Of a stretch of 64,000 nucleotides of DNA, positions 48,441 to 57,027 are shown one piece after another; the stretch's first letter is position 1; each line of letters starts with the position of its first letter. Both the position numbers and the translations under genes were made by a program. The DNA is from a virus. The stretch covers positions 12,754 through 76,753 of the IMG/VR virus record IMGVR_UViG_3300046477_000491. One strand, 5' to 3'. Below the pieces are notes generated by a model. That model was not told the origin of the DNA. It worked only from the letters and a program-made list of their open reading frames with translations, and searched no databases.

Positions 48441-48859
48441 TGGGTGATCTCCTGGCCGGGCTTGAGGATGCGGAACATTGTGCCGTCCTCGGCGCCCAGC
48501 TCGTGACCGTTCTCCATGTCGGCGATGTGCGCGGCCAGCTCGCCGTAGCGCAGGCCCCGGCGCTGCATCTCGTTGGTCAGTTCGCCCCAGGCGGCGTCGT
48601 GGCCGTCCTTCTCGGAGGATCCGACCGTGTACCACCCGGCGCCCTCGTGGCGGCCCTTGACCTGCGCCCAGTACGCGGGGGCCGTGTCGGTCTTGTTCTC
48701 CAGGTACCAGTCCTTCAGCTCGGCGAAGAACTTGACCGTGGAGTCCGAGCTGTCCAGGCCGGGGAAGTGGACGGCGTTGCCGTCGATGAGGAGGGCGGTG
48801 ACCTGTGCGCGGGTGAGCTGGGCGGTGAACGTCGGCTCGGGGGTGGTGGCCTCGACCAT
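48437..48859 (-). CDS. Hypothetical protein
   Basis: Leader variant plus promoter TTGACA-18-TAGCTT at 48901-48930. Confidence 0.65.
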   Translation of the reverse strand: MVEATTPEPTFTAQLTRAQVTALLIDGNAVHFPGLDSSDSTVKFFAELKDWYLENKTDTAPAYWAQVKGRHEGAGWYTVGSSEKDGHDAAWGELTNEMQRRGLRYGELAAHIADMENGHELGAEDGTMFRILKPGQEITQ

Positions 48860-48944
48860 GGTTCGCTCCTTGTTCGGGCGGGGTGGTTGGTGACAGGACG
48901 AAGCTAGTCGTCGTCATTATGTCTTGTCAAGTAGTCTCAGGAAT

Positions 48945-49163
48945 TTACTTGACTGCGGTGTGCCTGCGCTGGACGATGCGCCCCTTGGGTCGCTCCTCGC
49001 CCTCGAACGTCCAGTTGGGCGGGAAGACAGGGACGACCGAGACGTTGGTCATGGTCCCCCGCAACTCCCCGGCCCGGCGGTCGGCGCTGGTCTTGTCGTA
49101 GCTCACGACGGACACATGCGCGTGGCCATTCGAGTCGGTCCACAGGACCTTGAAGTTCTCCAC
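48945..49163 (-). CDS. Hypothetical protein
   Basis: GTG start after AGGAG. Confidence 0.55.
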   Translation of the reverse strand: MENFKVLWTDSNGHAHVSVVSYDKTSADRRAGELRGTMTNVSVVPVFPPNWTFEGEERPKGRIVQRRHTAVK

Positions 49164-49177
49164 GATGCTGCTCCTGC

Positions 49178-49420
49178 TCAGGCTCGGGTGGTGGCGTTGT
49201 CGACGCGGGGGCATCCCTGGGCAATGTAGTCCTGCCAACTGACAAGGCTGTTGCGCGTGGCCTGGATGCGGGTCAGTAGGATGCGCTGACGGGCCGCCCG
49301 GGACTCCTTGCGCCAGCGGCTCTCCAGGACTTTCAGCGATTTCTCGCGCTGCCTGATCAGCTCGTCGGCGGCCTCCTGGCGCTCGGCCAGCAGGACCGAT
49401 CGGAACGGGCTGCCTGCCAT
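49178..49420 (-). CDS. Hypothetical protein
   Basis: Conserved leader. Confidence 0.55.
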   Translation of the reverse strand: MAGSPFRSVLLAERQEAADELIRQREKSLKVLESRWRKESRAARQRILLTRIQATRNSLVSWQDYIAQGCPRVDNATTRA

Positions 49421-49509
49421 CTGCTCCTCCTGGTGTGGGGTGCGTTGTCAGACAACAGTTAAGGGGACCGCTCGACAGTTGTCAAGCGATCCCCTCAACC
49501 TGCTTGCGA

Positions 49510-49752
49510 TCAGTAATCCTCGTCCCAGCGCTCGCCCGCGTACGTCGGGTCGAAGCCGGTCGGCGGGACGTCGGAGAACGGCGCGTACTTGCGGACGATC
49601 TCCTCCTGCTTCTCCAGCCGTGCCGACCAGTGGACGGCGCAGCGCGGGAAGGACTTGCCCGTGCCAGACAGCGGGTCACGGAACTCCACGGGACCGCTGC
49701 ACGCGCCCGTGTGGTCCTCCAGGCACTTCAGCTCTTCGTGCTGCTCGGTCAT
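49510..49752 (-). CDS. Small Cys/His protein
   Basis: C...CSG.V...FPRC..H...FDPTYAGERWDEDY. Confidence 0.65.
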   Translation of the reverse strand: MTEQHEELKCLEDHTGACSGPVEFRDPLSGTGKSFPRCAVHWSARLEKQEEIVRKYAPFSDVPPTGFDPTYAGERWDEDY

Positions 49753-49769
49753 GACGTGCTCCTCGTGGG

Positions 49770-50120
49770 TCAGGCGCTGATTTCCAGGGAGGCGGGCGAG
49801 GTGGGCGCGGGCTCCTTCGGGCGGAAGTGCTCGACGACGTCCCTCGCCCACTGCGGGATGTCGTCGTTCTCCAGGCTGTAGGAGGTCAGGTGCTCGACCT
49901 GTCCGGGGGTGCCGTCCTGCTTCAGCAGGACCCCGATGACCGGCAGGGACGCGGCCGTCCACTCGCCGTTGCTCGGCCAGTAGGTGAGGTGGAACCGGAT
50001 GACCTTCATCTCCTTGTCCTTGGCCCGGCCCGAGTAGGCTCCGGTGGGGATGACCGGGCCGTCCTCGACGGGGACGAAGACCTCGCGGCGGGTGCTCCAG
50101 TTGGTGGGGATGATCTTCAT
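49770..50120 (-). CDS. Hypothetical protein
   Basis: Conserved leader. Confidence 0.65.
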   Translation of the reverse strand: MKIIPTNWSTRREVFVPVEDGPVIPTGAYSGRAKDKEMKVIRFHLTYWPSNGEWTAASLPVIGVLLKQDGTPGQVEHLTSYSLENDDIPQWARDVVEHFRPKEPAPTSPASLEISA

Positions 50121-50150
50121 GGTGGTGTCCTCCTGTTGCGGGGTGGTTGT

Positions 50151-50312
50151 TCAGCGGGTCATGCTGCGGACGTACTCCTCGTGGCCGCCGTCAGGCTCCG
50201 TCGAGTCGTCCTTGGGGGCCCAGTAGTGGCCGGTGTAGACGTGCGCCGGGTAACCGTCCTGCTGGACCTTCTTGAGGTGCCCCTGGTAGGTGGTGGCACG
50301 GCACTTGCACAC
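50151..50312 (-). CDS. 53-aa hypothetical protein (not in the ORF track)
   Basis: MCKCRATTYQGHLKKVQQDGYPAHVYTGHYW...; RBS GAGGAGG. Confidence 0.55.
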   Translation of the reverse strand: MCKCRATTYQGHLKKVQQDGYPAHVYTGHYWAPKDDSTEPDGGHEEYVRSMTR

Positions 50313-50314
50313 GG

Positions 50315-50704
50315 TCAGTCCTCCTCGATGTGGTCGACGAAGTAGGTGTCGGACAGGATGCGCTTGTCGGCCTCGCGCACGTGGTGCTGGTGGACGGCGT
50401 ACAGGCCGCTCTGCTGGGTCGTGGCCTGGAGCAGCAGACGCATGAGGCTCTGACGCTCGTCCTGCATGCGGTCCAGGACCTTGTCGTCGTCGAAGGGGCT
50501 GTTGCCCTCGGCGTCCAGGCTCAGGGTCTCCTGGTAGAAGGCCGACTTCGCGCGCAGCTCCATGAACTTCTCGAAGTCCTGGACGGCGTCCACCGTGTTC
50601 GGGTTGTCCAGCTTGGCCTTCAGCGTCTTGGCGAAGCCGACGTAGGCGGTGTAGGCGGTCTTGGCGTAGGTGCGGACGCCCTGGGATGCGGTGGCCTTGT
50701 CCAT
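50315..50704 (-). CDS. Hypothetical protein
   Basis: ORF track; RBS AGGAG. Confidence 0.65.
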   Translation of the reverse strand: MDKATASQGVRTYAKTAYTAYVGFAKTLKAKLDNPNTVDAVQDFEKFMELRAKSAFYQETLSLDAEGNSPFDDDKVLDRMQDERQSLMRLLLQATTQQSGLYAVHQHHVREADKRILSDTYFVDHIEED

Positions 50705-50709
50705 GCTGG

Positions 50710-50856
50710 CTACTCCTGGTCTCGTATCGCTGCGTGCTTGGCAGTCTTGCGGGTTCGCTGCTTGCGGGGGCGGGAATCGTGCCCTCCGGCCGCTCCGCTG
50801 CGCCGACGCTCCTGGACGGCGCGGACGTGCTCGGGGGTCTGCTGCTGGTCGTTCAC
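50710..50856 (-). CDS. 48-aa basic protein (not in the ORF track)
   Basis: MNDQQQTPEHVRAVQERRRSGAAGGHDSRPRKQRTRKTAKHAAIRDQE; RBS GGAGG. Confidence 0.6.
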   Translation of the reverse strand: MNDQQQTPEHVRAVQERRRSGAAGGHDSRPRKQRTRKTAKHAAIRDQE

Positions 50857-50889
50857 GGGTGCCTCCGGGGCCGTAGGGAAGATTCCAGG

Positions 50890-50926
50890 TTATGGGTTCT
50901 CCCCTACGGCTTCCGAGTTACGGCTT
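50890..50926. promoter_or_regulatory. Three-unit, 14-bp-period operator-like array
   Basis: TTATGGGTT 50890, CTACGGCTT 50904, TTACGGCTT 50918. Confidence 0.65.
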
Positions 50927-51888
50927 CACTTGACGCGGTTCGGGTTGCGCGTGTCCTTCGCCCACTCGCGCTCGATCTTGCGCTGCTTCGCCTGGGCCTT
51001 CTTCTCGTGGGTCTCGAAGACCTCCTGGAAGGTCAGGCCCTTCTTGTTGGCGATGGCCCGGAGCAGGTACCAGGCGTGGCGGGTGTTCTCCATCTGCCGC
51101 TGGGCGTAGGACCTGTGCTCGAAGTAGTGGGCCCACTCCGGGTCGTTCTCGCGCGCCTGGTCCAGCAGGACCTCCAGCAGGGCGTCGGTCGCGGCGACCT
51201 CGGCGGTACGAAGGGTCTTGCAGACGTCCCAGGAGTCGTGGTCCTTGCCCGCGTACAGCTTCTCGCCCTCGGGGGTGGTGATGCTCTTGTCGGCCGCCTC
51301 CCGGGCCTTGCGGGTCCGCTCTGCCTCGCGCTCCTCGCGGGCCTGCTGGGCCTCGCGCTCCTCCGGCGTGAACATCTTGGTGCCCTTGGCGTTCACCGGG
51401 GCCGAGGGGTAGCAGGTGGTGCAGGCGCGCTTCCCGGCGTCGGCGACGATCTCGGCCTCCGGCTTGCCGGAGTACTCGACCAGCCAGGCGAACTGGGTGC
51501 GGTACTCGCCGTGGTGGCAGGTGGAGCAGTTCTGGCCGTTGTGGGCGTGGCCGTCGCTGCTCTTGGCCAGGAAGACGCGGGTCCAGCCGCCGCGACGGAC
51601 GTACTCGTTCTCGTACGGGAGGGACTTCTTCTCCAGCTCGGCCAGCTCGGCCTTGTACGCCTCGATGTTCCCCTTGAGCAGGTTGAGCTGTTCCACCAGC
51701 TCGATGCCGTCGAGGACGGTGCGGTACTGCGGCAGCCGGAAGCCGTTCCTGATCTTCTCGATGATCACGAAGGTCTCGGCCTCGGCGCGCTGGTAGCCAG
51801 CGATGCGCAGCTCGACGGTCTGCTGCTCGGCCCACATGTCGGCGAGGACGGTGTCGATCTCGACGGGGGTGGCGGTGGTGAGGTTCAC
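50926..51888 (-). CDS. Hypothetical Zn-binding protein
   Basis: GHAH...CSTC...CTTCYPSAPV; leader plus promoter TTGACA-18-TAGAGT at 51931-51960. Confidence 0.7.
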   Translation of the reverse strand: MNLTTATPVEIDTVLADMWAEQQTVELRIAGYQRAEAETFVIIEKIRNGFRLPQYRTVLDGIELVEQLNLLKGNIEAYKAELAELEKKSLPYENEYVRRGGWTRVFLAKSSDGHAHNGQNCSTCHHGEYRTQFAWLVEYSGKPEAEIVADAGKRACTTCYPSAPVNAKGTKMFTPEEREAQQAREEREAERTRKAREAADKSITTPEGEKLYAGKDHDSWDVCKTLRTAEVAATDALLEVLLDQARENDPEWAHYFEHRSYAQRQMENTRHAWYLLRAIANKKGLTFQEVFETHEKKAQAKQRKIEREWAKDTRNPNRVK

Positions 51889-51946
51889 CTGGGGCCTCCT
51901 GTTTCGGGGCGGTTGTTGCTTACAGGGAGGACTCTATGGGTGCCCT

Positions 51947-52282
51947 CTACGCCTTGTCAAGCGGAATCGGAGAACCATTTGCGTCGATGTACTGCTCGAT
52001 GTCGTAGCCCATCTCCAGGGAGTTGCGGCGCTTGCGGCCGATGGCCTTGATGCGCAGTTCCAGGCGGGTGGTCCAGTCGGCCACGTCGGCCGGGGCGACC
52101 GGGCCGATGTTGCACTGGCGCAGCCACAGGATGGGGTCGAAGCGGTCGCCTGTGCCGGTGAGGGCGTCGGCGATGTTGAACGCGATGTTGCGGCGGGCGT
52201 TGAAGTCCTGGTCGTCGGAGTCGGCGAGGGCGGCGGACAGGGTCTCGTAGTCACTGCGGGACATGCTGCGGGGCGCGGGCAT
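51947..52282 (-). CDS. Hypothetical protein
   Basis: MSRSDYETLSAAL...RFDP..WL..C. Confidence 0.65.
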   Translation of the reverse strand: MPAPRSMSRSDYETLSAALADSDDQDFNARRNIAFNIADALTGTGDRFDPILWLRQCNIGPVAPADVADWTTRLELRIKAIGRKRRNSLEMGYDIEQYIDANGSPIPLDKA

Positions 52283-52385
52283 GGCGGGCTCCTCCTGGTG
52301 CGGGGATCGATGGTCGCGGGAAGCGTACGGGCCGCCCGGCTCAGGTGTCGAGTCGGACGGCCCGTACGCAGGGGGTGCGTAAGGA

Positions 52386-53243
52386 TCATGCGGCGAGGCT
52401 GGTGCGCTGACCGCCGATCGCCCTGGTGCTGCTCAGGCGGGCGGAGCGGCCCGCGCTGTCCCCGGCGCTGCGGGCGGTGCTGCTGCGGGTGGTGCTGCTG
52501 GCACCCTTCCAGGTGCCCTTGGCGGTGGACTTCGCGTTGAAGTAGTCGGAGACCTCCTTCTTCTTGTCGAAGAGGACGAGGGCAGCGGTCACCTCGATCT
52601 CGTACTCCTTGCCGTCCACGCCCGTGCTGGGCACGCTGTACGTCTTCTCCTTGGCGGCCTCCAGGGCCTCCTTGCGGGCCTCTTGCAGGCGGGCGGAGAT
52701 CCGGCCGGTGAAGGCGTCGTAGAAGTTGGCGCGGGCGGTGCGGCCGTCCATCGGCTTGTAGACGGTCTCGTAGTCCCACTCGCCCCAGTAGGCGTCCCAG
52801 ACCTTCTTCTTGCCCCGGACCGTCTCCTTCTTGTACTCGCCGGTCTTCAGCCACGCGTTGGCGGACTCGACCATCTGGAAGAGCAGGGAGGCGTACAGAA
52901 CCTCGACGACCTCGATGTCAGACGGCATGCCGAACGCAATCACGAAGGTGCTGTTGTTCGCGATGTTGAGCCGGACGTCGTTGGCGTACGCGATGGCGTT
53001 GAACAGGTTGACCAGCCGCGCGTTGTTCTGCTTGCGGGCCTGACCGATGGTGATCATCTTGTGGGTCGGCTGCTCGCGCTGTTCCTTCTTCGCGGTGTGC
53101 TGCCGGGCCACGGCGAGGTCGATGCTGCCGAGGGTGGCCAGGGACTGCGCCTTCTTCATGTAGGTCGAGGCTTCCTCGGGGGTCGAGGCGTTCTCGGCCT
53201 GGGCGAGGATCTTGGCCAGCTTGTCGAGCATGCGGTCAGCCAT
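52386..53243 (-). CDS. DUF2786 domain protein
   Basis: MLDKLAKILAQAE...TPEEA...KAQSL and FG...D...V.VLYASL. Confidence 0.8.
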   Translation of the reverse strand: MADRMLDKLAKILAQAENASTPEEASTYMKKAQSLATLGSIDLAVARQHTAKKEQREQPTHKMITIGQARKQNNARLVNLFNAIAYANDVRLNIANNSTFVIAFGMPSDIEVVEVLYASLLFQMVESANAWLKTGEYKKETVRGKKKVWDAYWGEWDYETVYKPMDGRTARANFYDAFTGRISARLQEARKEALEAAKEKTYSVPSTGVDGKEYEIEVTAALVLFDKKKEVSDYFNAKSTAKGTWKGASSTTRSSTARSAGDSAGRSARLSSTRAIGGQRTSLAA

Positions 53244-53282
53244 CGTGGGCTCCTCCTGTTGCGGGGGCGGTTGATGAGGTAG

Positions 53283-53311
53283 AACTTACGGGTTCACGAA
53301 ACCCTTGTCAA
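53283..53311 (-). promoter_or_regulatory. Sigma70-type promoter with overlapping half-site
   Basis: TTGACA-17-TAAGTT; AACCCGTAA overlaps the -10. Confidence 0.7.
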
Positions 53312-53325
53312 GCGACTTCAGGAAA

Positions 53326-53667
53326 CTACTTTCGCGACTGCCCTCCGCTGGGGATGCTGACCACACGCTTGCCCTGGCGGTAGTCGAACCGCTGCTCCTG
53401 GGCGCGGTCAGCGGCGAACTCGTCGTAGGCATCCTGCACGACCTTGACGACGTCCTGGATGGACTCGAAGGGGCCGCCGGAGCGGGTGGTCAGACGCGGG
53501 GCGTCCATGTCGAAGTGCCAGCCGACGTCCTCGGCAGCGATGTCGTCCTCTGTGGGGTTCTCGACGACGGCGTCCTCGGTCACGCGCCATATAGATCCGA
53601 AGCGGCCGAACTGGTCGACGACCAGGAGGAGGTCGGAGTCCTCGGTGACTTTGAAGGTGAGAGACAT
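53326..53667 (-). CDS. Hypothetical protein
   Basis: ORF track. Confidence 0.6.
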   Translation of the reverse strand: MSLTFKVTEDSDLLLVVDQFGRFGSIWRVTEDAVVENPTEDDIAAEDVGWHFDMDAPRLTTRSGGPFESIQDVVKVVQDAYDEFAADRAQEQRFDYRQGKRVVSIPSGGQSRK

Positions 53668-53678
53668 GGGGGGGCCTT

Positions 53679-53882
53679 TCAGTGACGCAGGTCTTCCACG
53701 GCGTCGCGGAATTCGGTGATCGTGGCGTTGCGGACGTAGGAGATGATCTCCCAGACGTTCACGTCGTCAGGCTGGAAGGGCTTCCCGTCCTCGGGGGCGA
53801 TGGGCGCCGTACGCAATGCCTCGTTCATGAGGTGAGCGACCTTGCGACGGATTCGGGCTTCACGCTTGGGCTCGATGGGCAT
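53679..53882 (-). CDS. Hypothetical protein
   Basis: ORF track; RBS GAGG. Confidence 0.6.
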   Translation of the reverse strand: MPIEPKREARIRRKVAHLMNEALRTAPIAPEDGKPFQPDDVNVWEIISYVRNATITEFRDAVEDLRH

Positions 53883-53891
53883 GGGGACCTC

Positions 53892-54407
53892 TCAGGCGGC
53901 GACGAGGGCGCCGAAGGCGACGCCGTGCTGGGCGAAGGCGTCGGTGAGCAGCAGGCCGACCTCGTCGCCCACCAGCTCCTTGACCAGGTACAGGTAGGTG
54001 GAGACGAAGTGCACGCCGTGGTCCTCTCCGCCCCGGGCGAAGTGGTGGGCCAGCTCGTGCAGGACGACCATCTCGCGCATGGCCCAGGAGATGCCCTGCT
54101 GGTGGTCGGGGACGGCGATGACGCCGAGGCGGTAGACGGCCGCCCCGGATCCCTTGCGGGCGCGGACCCTGACCGGGTGACCGGCGAGGGAGGGCCAGGT
54201 GTCGCGGACCCAGTTGAGGGAGAGGACCTGGTCGACGTAGCGCTGGACGCCCTCGATGTCACCGAACTTGCGCTCGTCGGGCAGGACCAGGCTGGAGCCG
54301 TAGAAGTCGAAGGTGCGGGCGTCGGTCTGGGCGGCTCGGCTGAGCACGTCCATGACGAGGTTTTCCGCGCTGTAGACCTTGCTCTTCTGGTTGTCGCGCA
54401 TGCTCAC
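53892..54407 (-). CDS. HEXXH metallohydrolase (TIGR04338/Rv0185-like)
   Basis: RDNQKSKVYSAE, VRVRARKG and WAMREMVVLHELAHH...HG..F. Confidence 0.8.
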   Translation of the reverse strand: MSMRDNQKSKVYSAENLVMDVLSRAAQTDARTFDFYGSSLVLPDERKFGDIEGVQRYVDQVLSLNWVRDTWPSLAGHPVRVRARKGSGAAVYRLGVIAVPDHQQGISWAMREMVVLHELAHHFARGGEDHGVHFVSTYLYLVKELVGDEVGLLLTDAFAQHGVAFGALVAA

Positions 54408-54757
54408 GCCTCCTGGCCAGTGAGGGCGGCGAGGACCTTGCGCTTGGCCTCGGCGAGGCCGTGCTTGAAGCCCTCCATGCGGATGACGGCACCGATGCGC
54501 TCGGCTTCGCGGCGGGCGCTGCGCTCGGGCATGCCGCCGTCCTCCAGCCGTACGGCGAGGTCGGTGATCTCCATCTGGGCCGTGCGTCCAGCGACGCCGA
54601 CGACGGGGCGGCCCTTGTCGCGGCCCGCGTTGTAGATGTCGTCCAGTGCGCGGCGCAGGTCGTCGATGTTCAGGTCCTCGCCCTGGCCGACGAGGTGGAA
54701 CACCTCGGTGTACTTCTTCTCAAGGGCGAGGTAGTCGCGGACGCTGCTGTCGGCCAT
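54404..54757 (-). CDS. Hypothetical protein
   Basis: Start MADSSV after the conserved leader. Confidence 0.65.
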   Translation of the reverse strand: MADSSVRDYLALEKKYTEVFHLVGQGEDLNIDDLRRALDDIYNAGRDKGRPVVGVAGRTAQMEITDLAVRLEDGGMPERSARREAERIGAVIRMEGFKHGLAEAKRKVLAALTGQEA

Positions 54758-54819
54758 GGGGTGCTCCTCCTGCTGTGGGGGCGGTTGGTGTTGTGTTGAC
54801 AGGGAGAACACTACTCCGG

Positions 54820-54872
54820 AAGACGTAACCGTCAAGACGTAATCTGCGAGACGTAACGAAGAAAGCCGTGAG
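54820..54872. promoter_or_regulatory. Four-unit operator-like array over a promoter
   Basis: AAGACGTAAC 54820, AAGACGTAAT 54834, GAGACGTAAC 54848, AAGCCGTGAG 54863; minus-strand TTGACG lies within. Confidence 0.7.
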
Positions 54873-54920
54873 CTGCATCACAGGCAGCTCACGGCTTTCA
54901 TATGTTGACCGGGTAGCGGA

Positions 54921-55304
54921 TTACTTGGTAGACGTTGGTGTTTCCGTCTCCGTCTTCACGGGGCACGGAATCTTGACCTGCACGGAATGCGTATGGGTGA
55001 GTCCATACACAGGCGCGTAAGGCGTGGCCGAGGACGTGGGTGCGGGTACTGCGGGCGAGGGCCCGATCACGAGCGACACCTTGCACGTACCCGTATTCCG
55101 CTGGGCAGGCGCCTCGGCATACCGGGTGACTGTGGCGACGGGCTGCGGATTGGAATCCCCCTCGGTCCCGGAAGAATCCGACCTGGAAACTCCGGTATTA
55201 AGCCCGGTGGAATGCTGCTCGGGGATCACGGAAATTCCGATCGCAGGAATCGCGAGAATTCCGATTGTGATGAGGGCGGCCTTTACTCGGCGGAATCTGT
55301 TCAT
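54921..55304 (-). CDS. Membrane-anchored or secreted protein
   Basis: MNRFRRVKAALITIGILAIPAIG signal/anchor. Confidence 0.55.
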   Translation of the reverse strand: MNRFRRVKAALITIGILAIPAIGISVIPEQHSTGLNTGVSRSDSSGTEGDSNPQPVATVTRYAEAPAQRNTGTCKVSLVIGPSPAVPAPTSSATPYAPVYGLTHTHSVQVKIPCPVKTETETPTSTK

Positions 55305-55450
55305 ACCAGCACCGTACCGTAGCCCTCGCAGGGGACACAGTCCGCTCCGTCGCGGTCCTCCCCCGTGCCGTAGCAGCGCTTGCACTCGACCTCTTCTGCC
55401 GTGCTCTCGCCACTTTCGGCGAAAGACACTGCATGCACGTGCGTGTCCAT
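55301..55450 (-). CDS. 49-aa DnaJ-type Zn-finger protein (not in the ORF track)
   Basis: CKRCYGTG...CVPCEGYG; ATGA-coupled to the next gene. Confidence 0.6.
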   Translation of the reverse strand: MDTHVHAVSFAESGESTAEEVECKRCYGTGEDRDGADCVPCEGYGTVLV

Positions 55451-55462
55451 GAGAAGTACTAA

Positions 55463-57001
55463 CTAACCTTCCTGGTTGTAGAAAGTTGGTACATCGACGA
55501 TTTCCGCGTCGATGAATCCGCTTCCGGACTCGATCATCCGGTCCGCCGAGACAGGATTGTCGAAGGCGGTCACCTGCTGCCCTGCGTCTTTTCCGAACAG
55601 ACGGCTGATCATACCGGCCTGGGCACCATTCCCCTTAGCCTCCAGTTTCACGGAGAAGGAGTCCTGCTCCAGTTCGGTCTTCACCTTCACCAGTTTCTGG
55701 AGCCGGTCGATCTCGCCGGAGAGGTTCGGATCCGCGTAACCGCCGGTCATATCCTCGACCATCTTCATGAAGAGGACCCGCTGTGCCTGCATCTCGATGA
55801 GCGAATTCTGGAGCGCGCCCATCTGCTGCTTGCTCTTCACCTCGACCGGGATGTCGTACGCGCAGTTGGCATCCTTGTCGAAGGCCGGGCACTTCGAGGA
55901 GAGGAAGCAGGACGAGCAGACCCGCATGGACTGCGAGCGGACCGTGACCAGCGGGACGTCGCGTTCCTTGTTCACGCCGTCGTCGGGGTCGGTGTAGACC
56001 TCCCGCTCCTGGACCACGCCGATCACCGGCAAGTTGGTACGCGGGCGGTCCCGGCGAGGGGCGGGAGTTGCTACGGCGTTGACCACTTCTCCGGTCGTCG
56101 TATCAACTGTGCCCCCCTGCGTTTGAGCGAAAGCGGAGAGTACCCCTGAAGCGGAAGTAGTAACTGCTTCGGTCTCGGGCGCGCGGTGCTGCTCGATGGA
56201 GGCCGCCAACTGCTGCCACGACCAGATGGTGAACCGCAGGACCTCGTTGTTGTCCCCGGCCTCTATCTTGTCGGGGTCGAAGCCCGCTTCCTGGAAAAGC
56301 GTGCGGTGCCGCTTACGGGCCTGCTCCTTGTATTTCTTCGGGTACCGCTTCAATTCCCGCCCGGTCCAGACGATGGTGTCACCGTACTGCGAGGGGGAAA
56401 TCCAGGAGGTGGACGCGACGGAATCCCAGGTGACGGCAGCCATTTCCGCAGGCTTCGTCATTGCGACGCCGTGGAGCAGGGTTCCGTATTTCCGGGTGAT
56501 CTCGTTGAGAACGGGAGCGAGATTCCGTCCGTCCAAATCCGTCTGGGTAATTCCGACACGCTTATACCGCTGGGCGAGGCGGTCGAGTTCATCGACGCCC
56601 CATTCCGCGTGCCAGATGGGAAGGAACTTGTCCTCCGGCAGGTCCTCCCAGAAATCCTCGCGCCGGGCCTCTATCCATTCGCGTCCGAGAACGACCGCGT
56701 CGAACTCGGACACCATATTAAGCGAGTCGATGTTCTGCTGGACGAAGGCTTCATAATGCGCGGCGATCTCCTTGAGTTCGCCTATCGAGTACGTGTCGTC
56801 CTCGGCCTTGTTCACGGTGTAGGCGCCGGAGTCGAGGAAGACCTTCTGACCCTCCAGGTAGTGGTCCTCGATGAGCCACGGCCGGGAGAACTTGGTCCGC
56901 CTGCGCAGGCCCATATAACTGAGGGAGACGTTCTCGACGCCTTCCTCGGCCAGCATCTTGCGCCAGCCGGGAATCTCTGAACCGCCGAAGTACAGTTCCA
57001 C
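55463..57001 (-). CDS. TGT/DpdA-like TIM-barrel protein fused to a Cys4 plus helical C-terminal domain
   Basis: LYFGG, LSY, VFLDSGAYT, LPIWH, LHG and DSVASTSW; C-terminal CSSC..C..C. Confidence 0.7.
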   Translation of the reverse strand: MELYFGGSEIPGWRKMLAEEGVENVSLSYMGLRRRTKFSRPWLIEDHYLEGQKVFLDSGAYTVNKAEDDTYSIGELKEIAAHYEAFVQQNIDSLNMVSEFDAVVLGREWIEARREDFWEDLPEDKFLPIWHAEWGVDELDRLAQRYKRVGITQTDLDGRNLAPVLNEITRKYGTLLHGVAMTKPAEMAAVTWDSVASTSWISPSQYGDTIVWTGRELKRYPKKYKEQARKRHRTLFQEAGFDPDKIEAGDNNEVLRFTIWSWQQLAASIEQHRAPETEAVTTSASGVLSAFAQTQGGTVDTTTGEVVNAVATPAPRRDRPRTNLPVIGVVQEREVYTDPDDGVNKERDVPLVTVRSQSMRVCSSCFLSSKCPAFDKDANCAYDIPVEVKSKQQMGALQNSLIEMQAQRVLFMKMVEDMTGGYADPNLSGEIDRLQKLVKVKTELEQDSFSVKLEAKGNGAQAGMISRLFGKDAGQQVTAFDNPVSADRMIESGSGFIDAEIVDVPTFYNQEG

Positions 57002-57027
57002 GGGTTGTTTCTCCGAATCTGAGTTGG

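Noticed and set aside
55463-57001. Complete 7-deazaguanine DNA modification pathway
   Set aside because: No preQ0 biosynthesis genes lie in the window and the catalytic Asp appears substituted.
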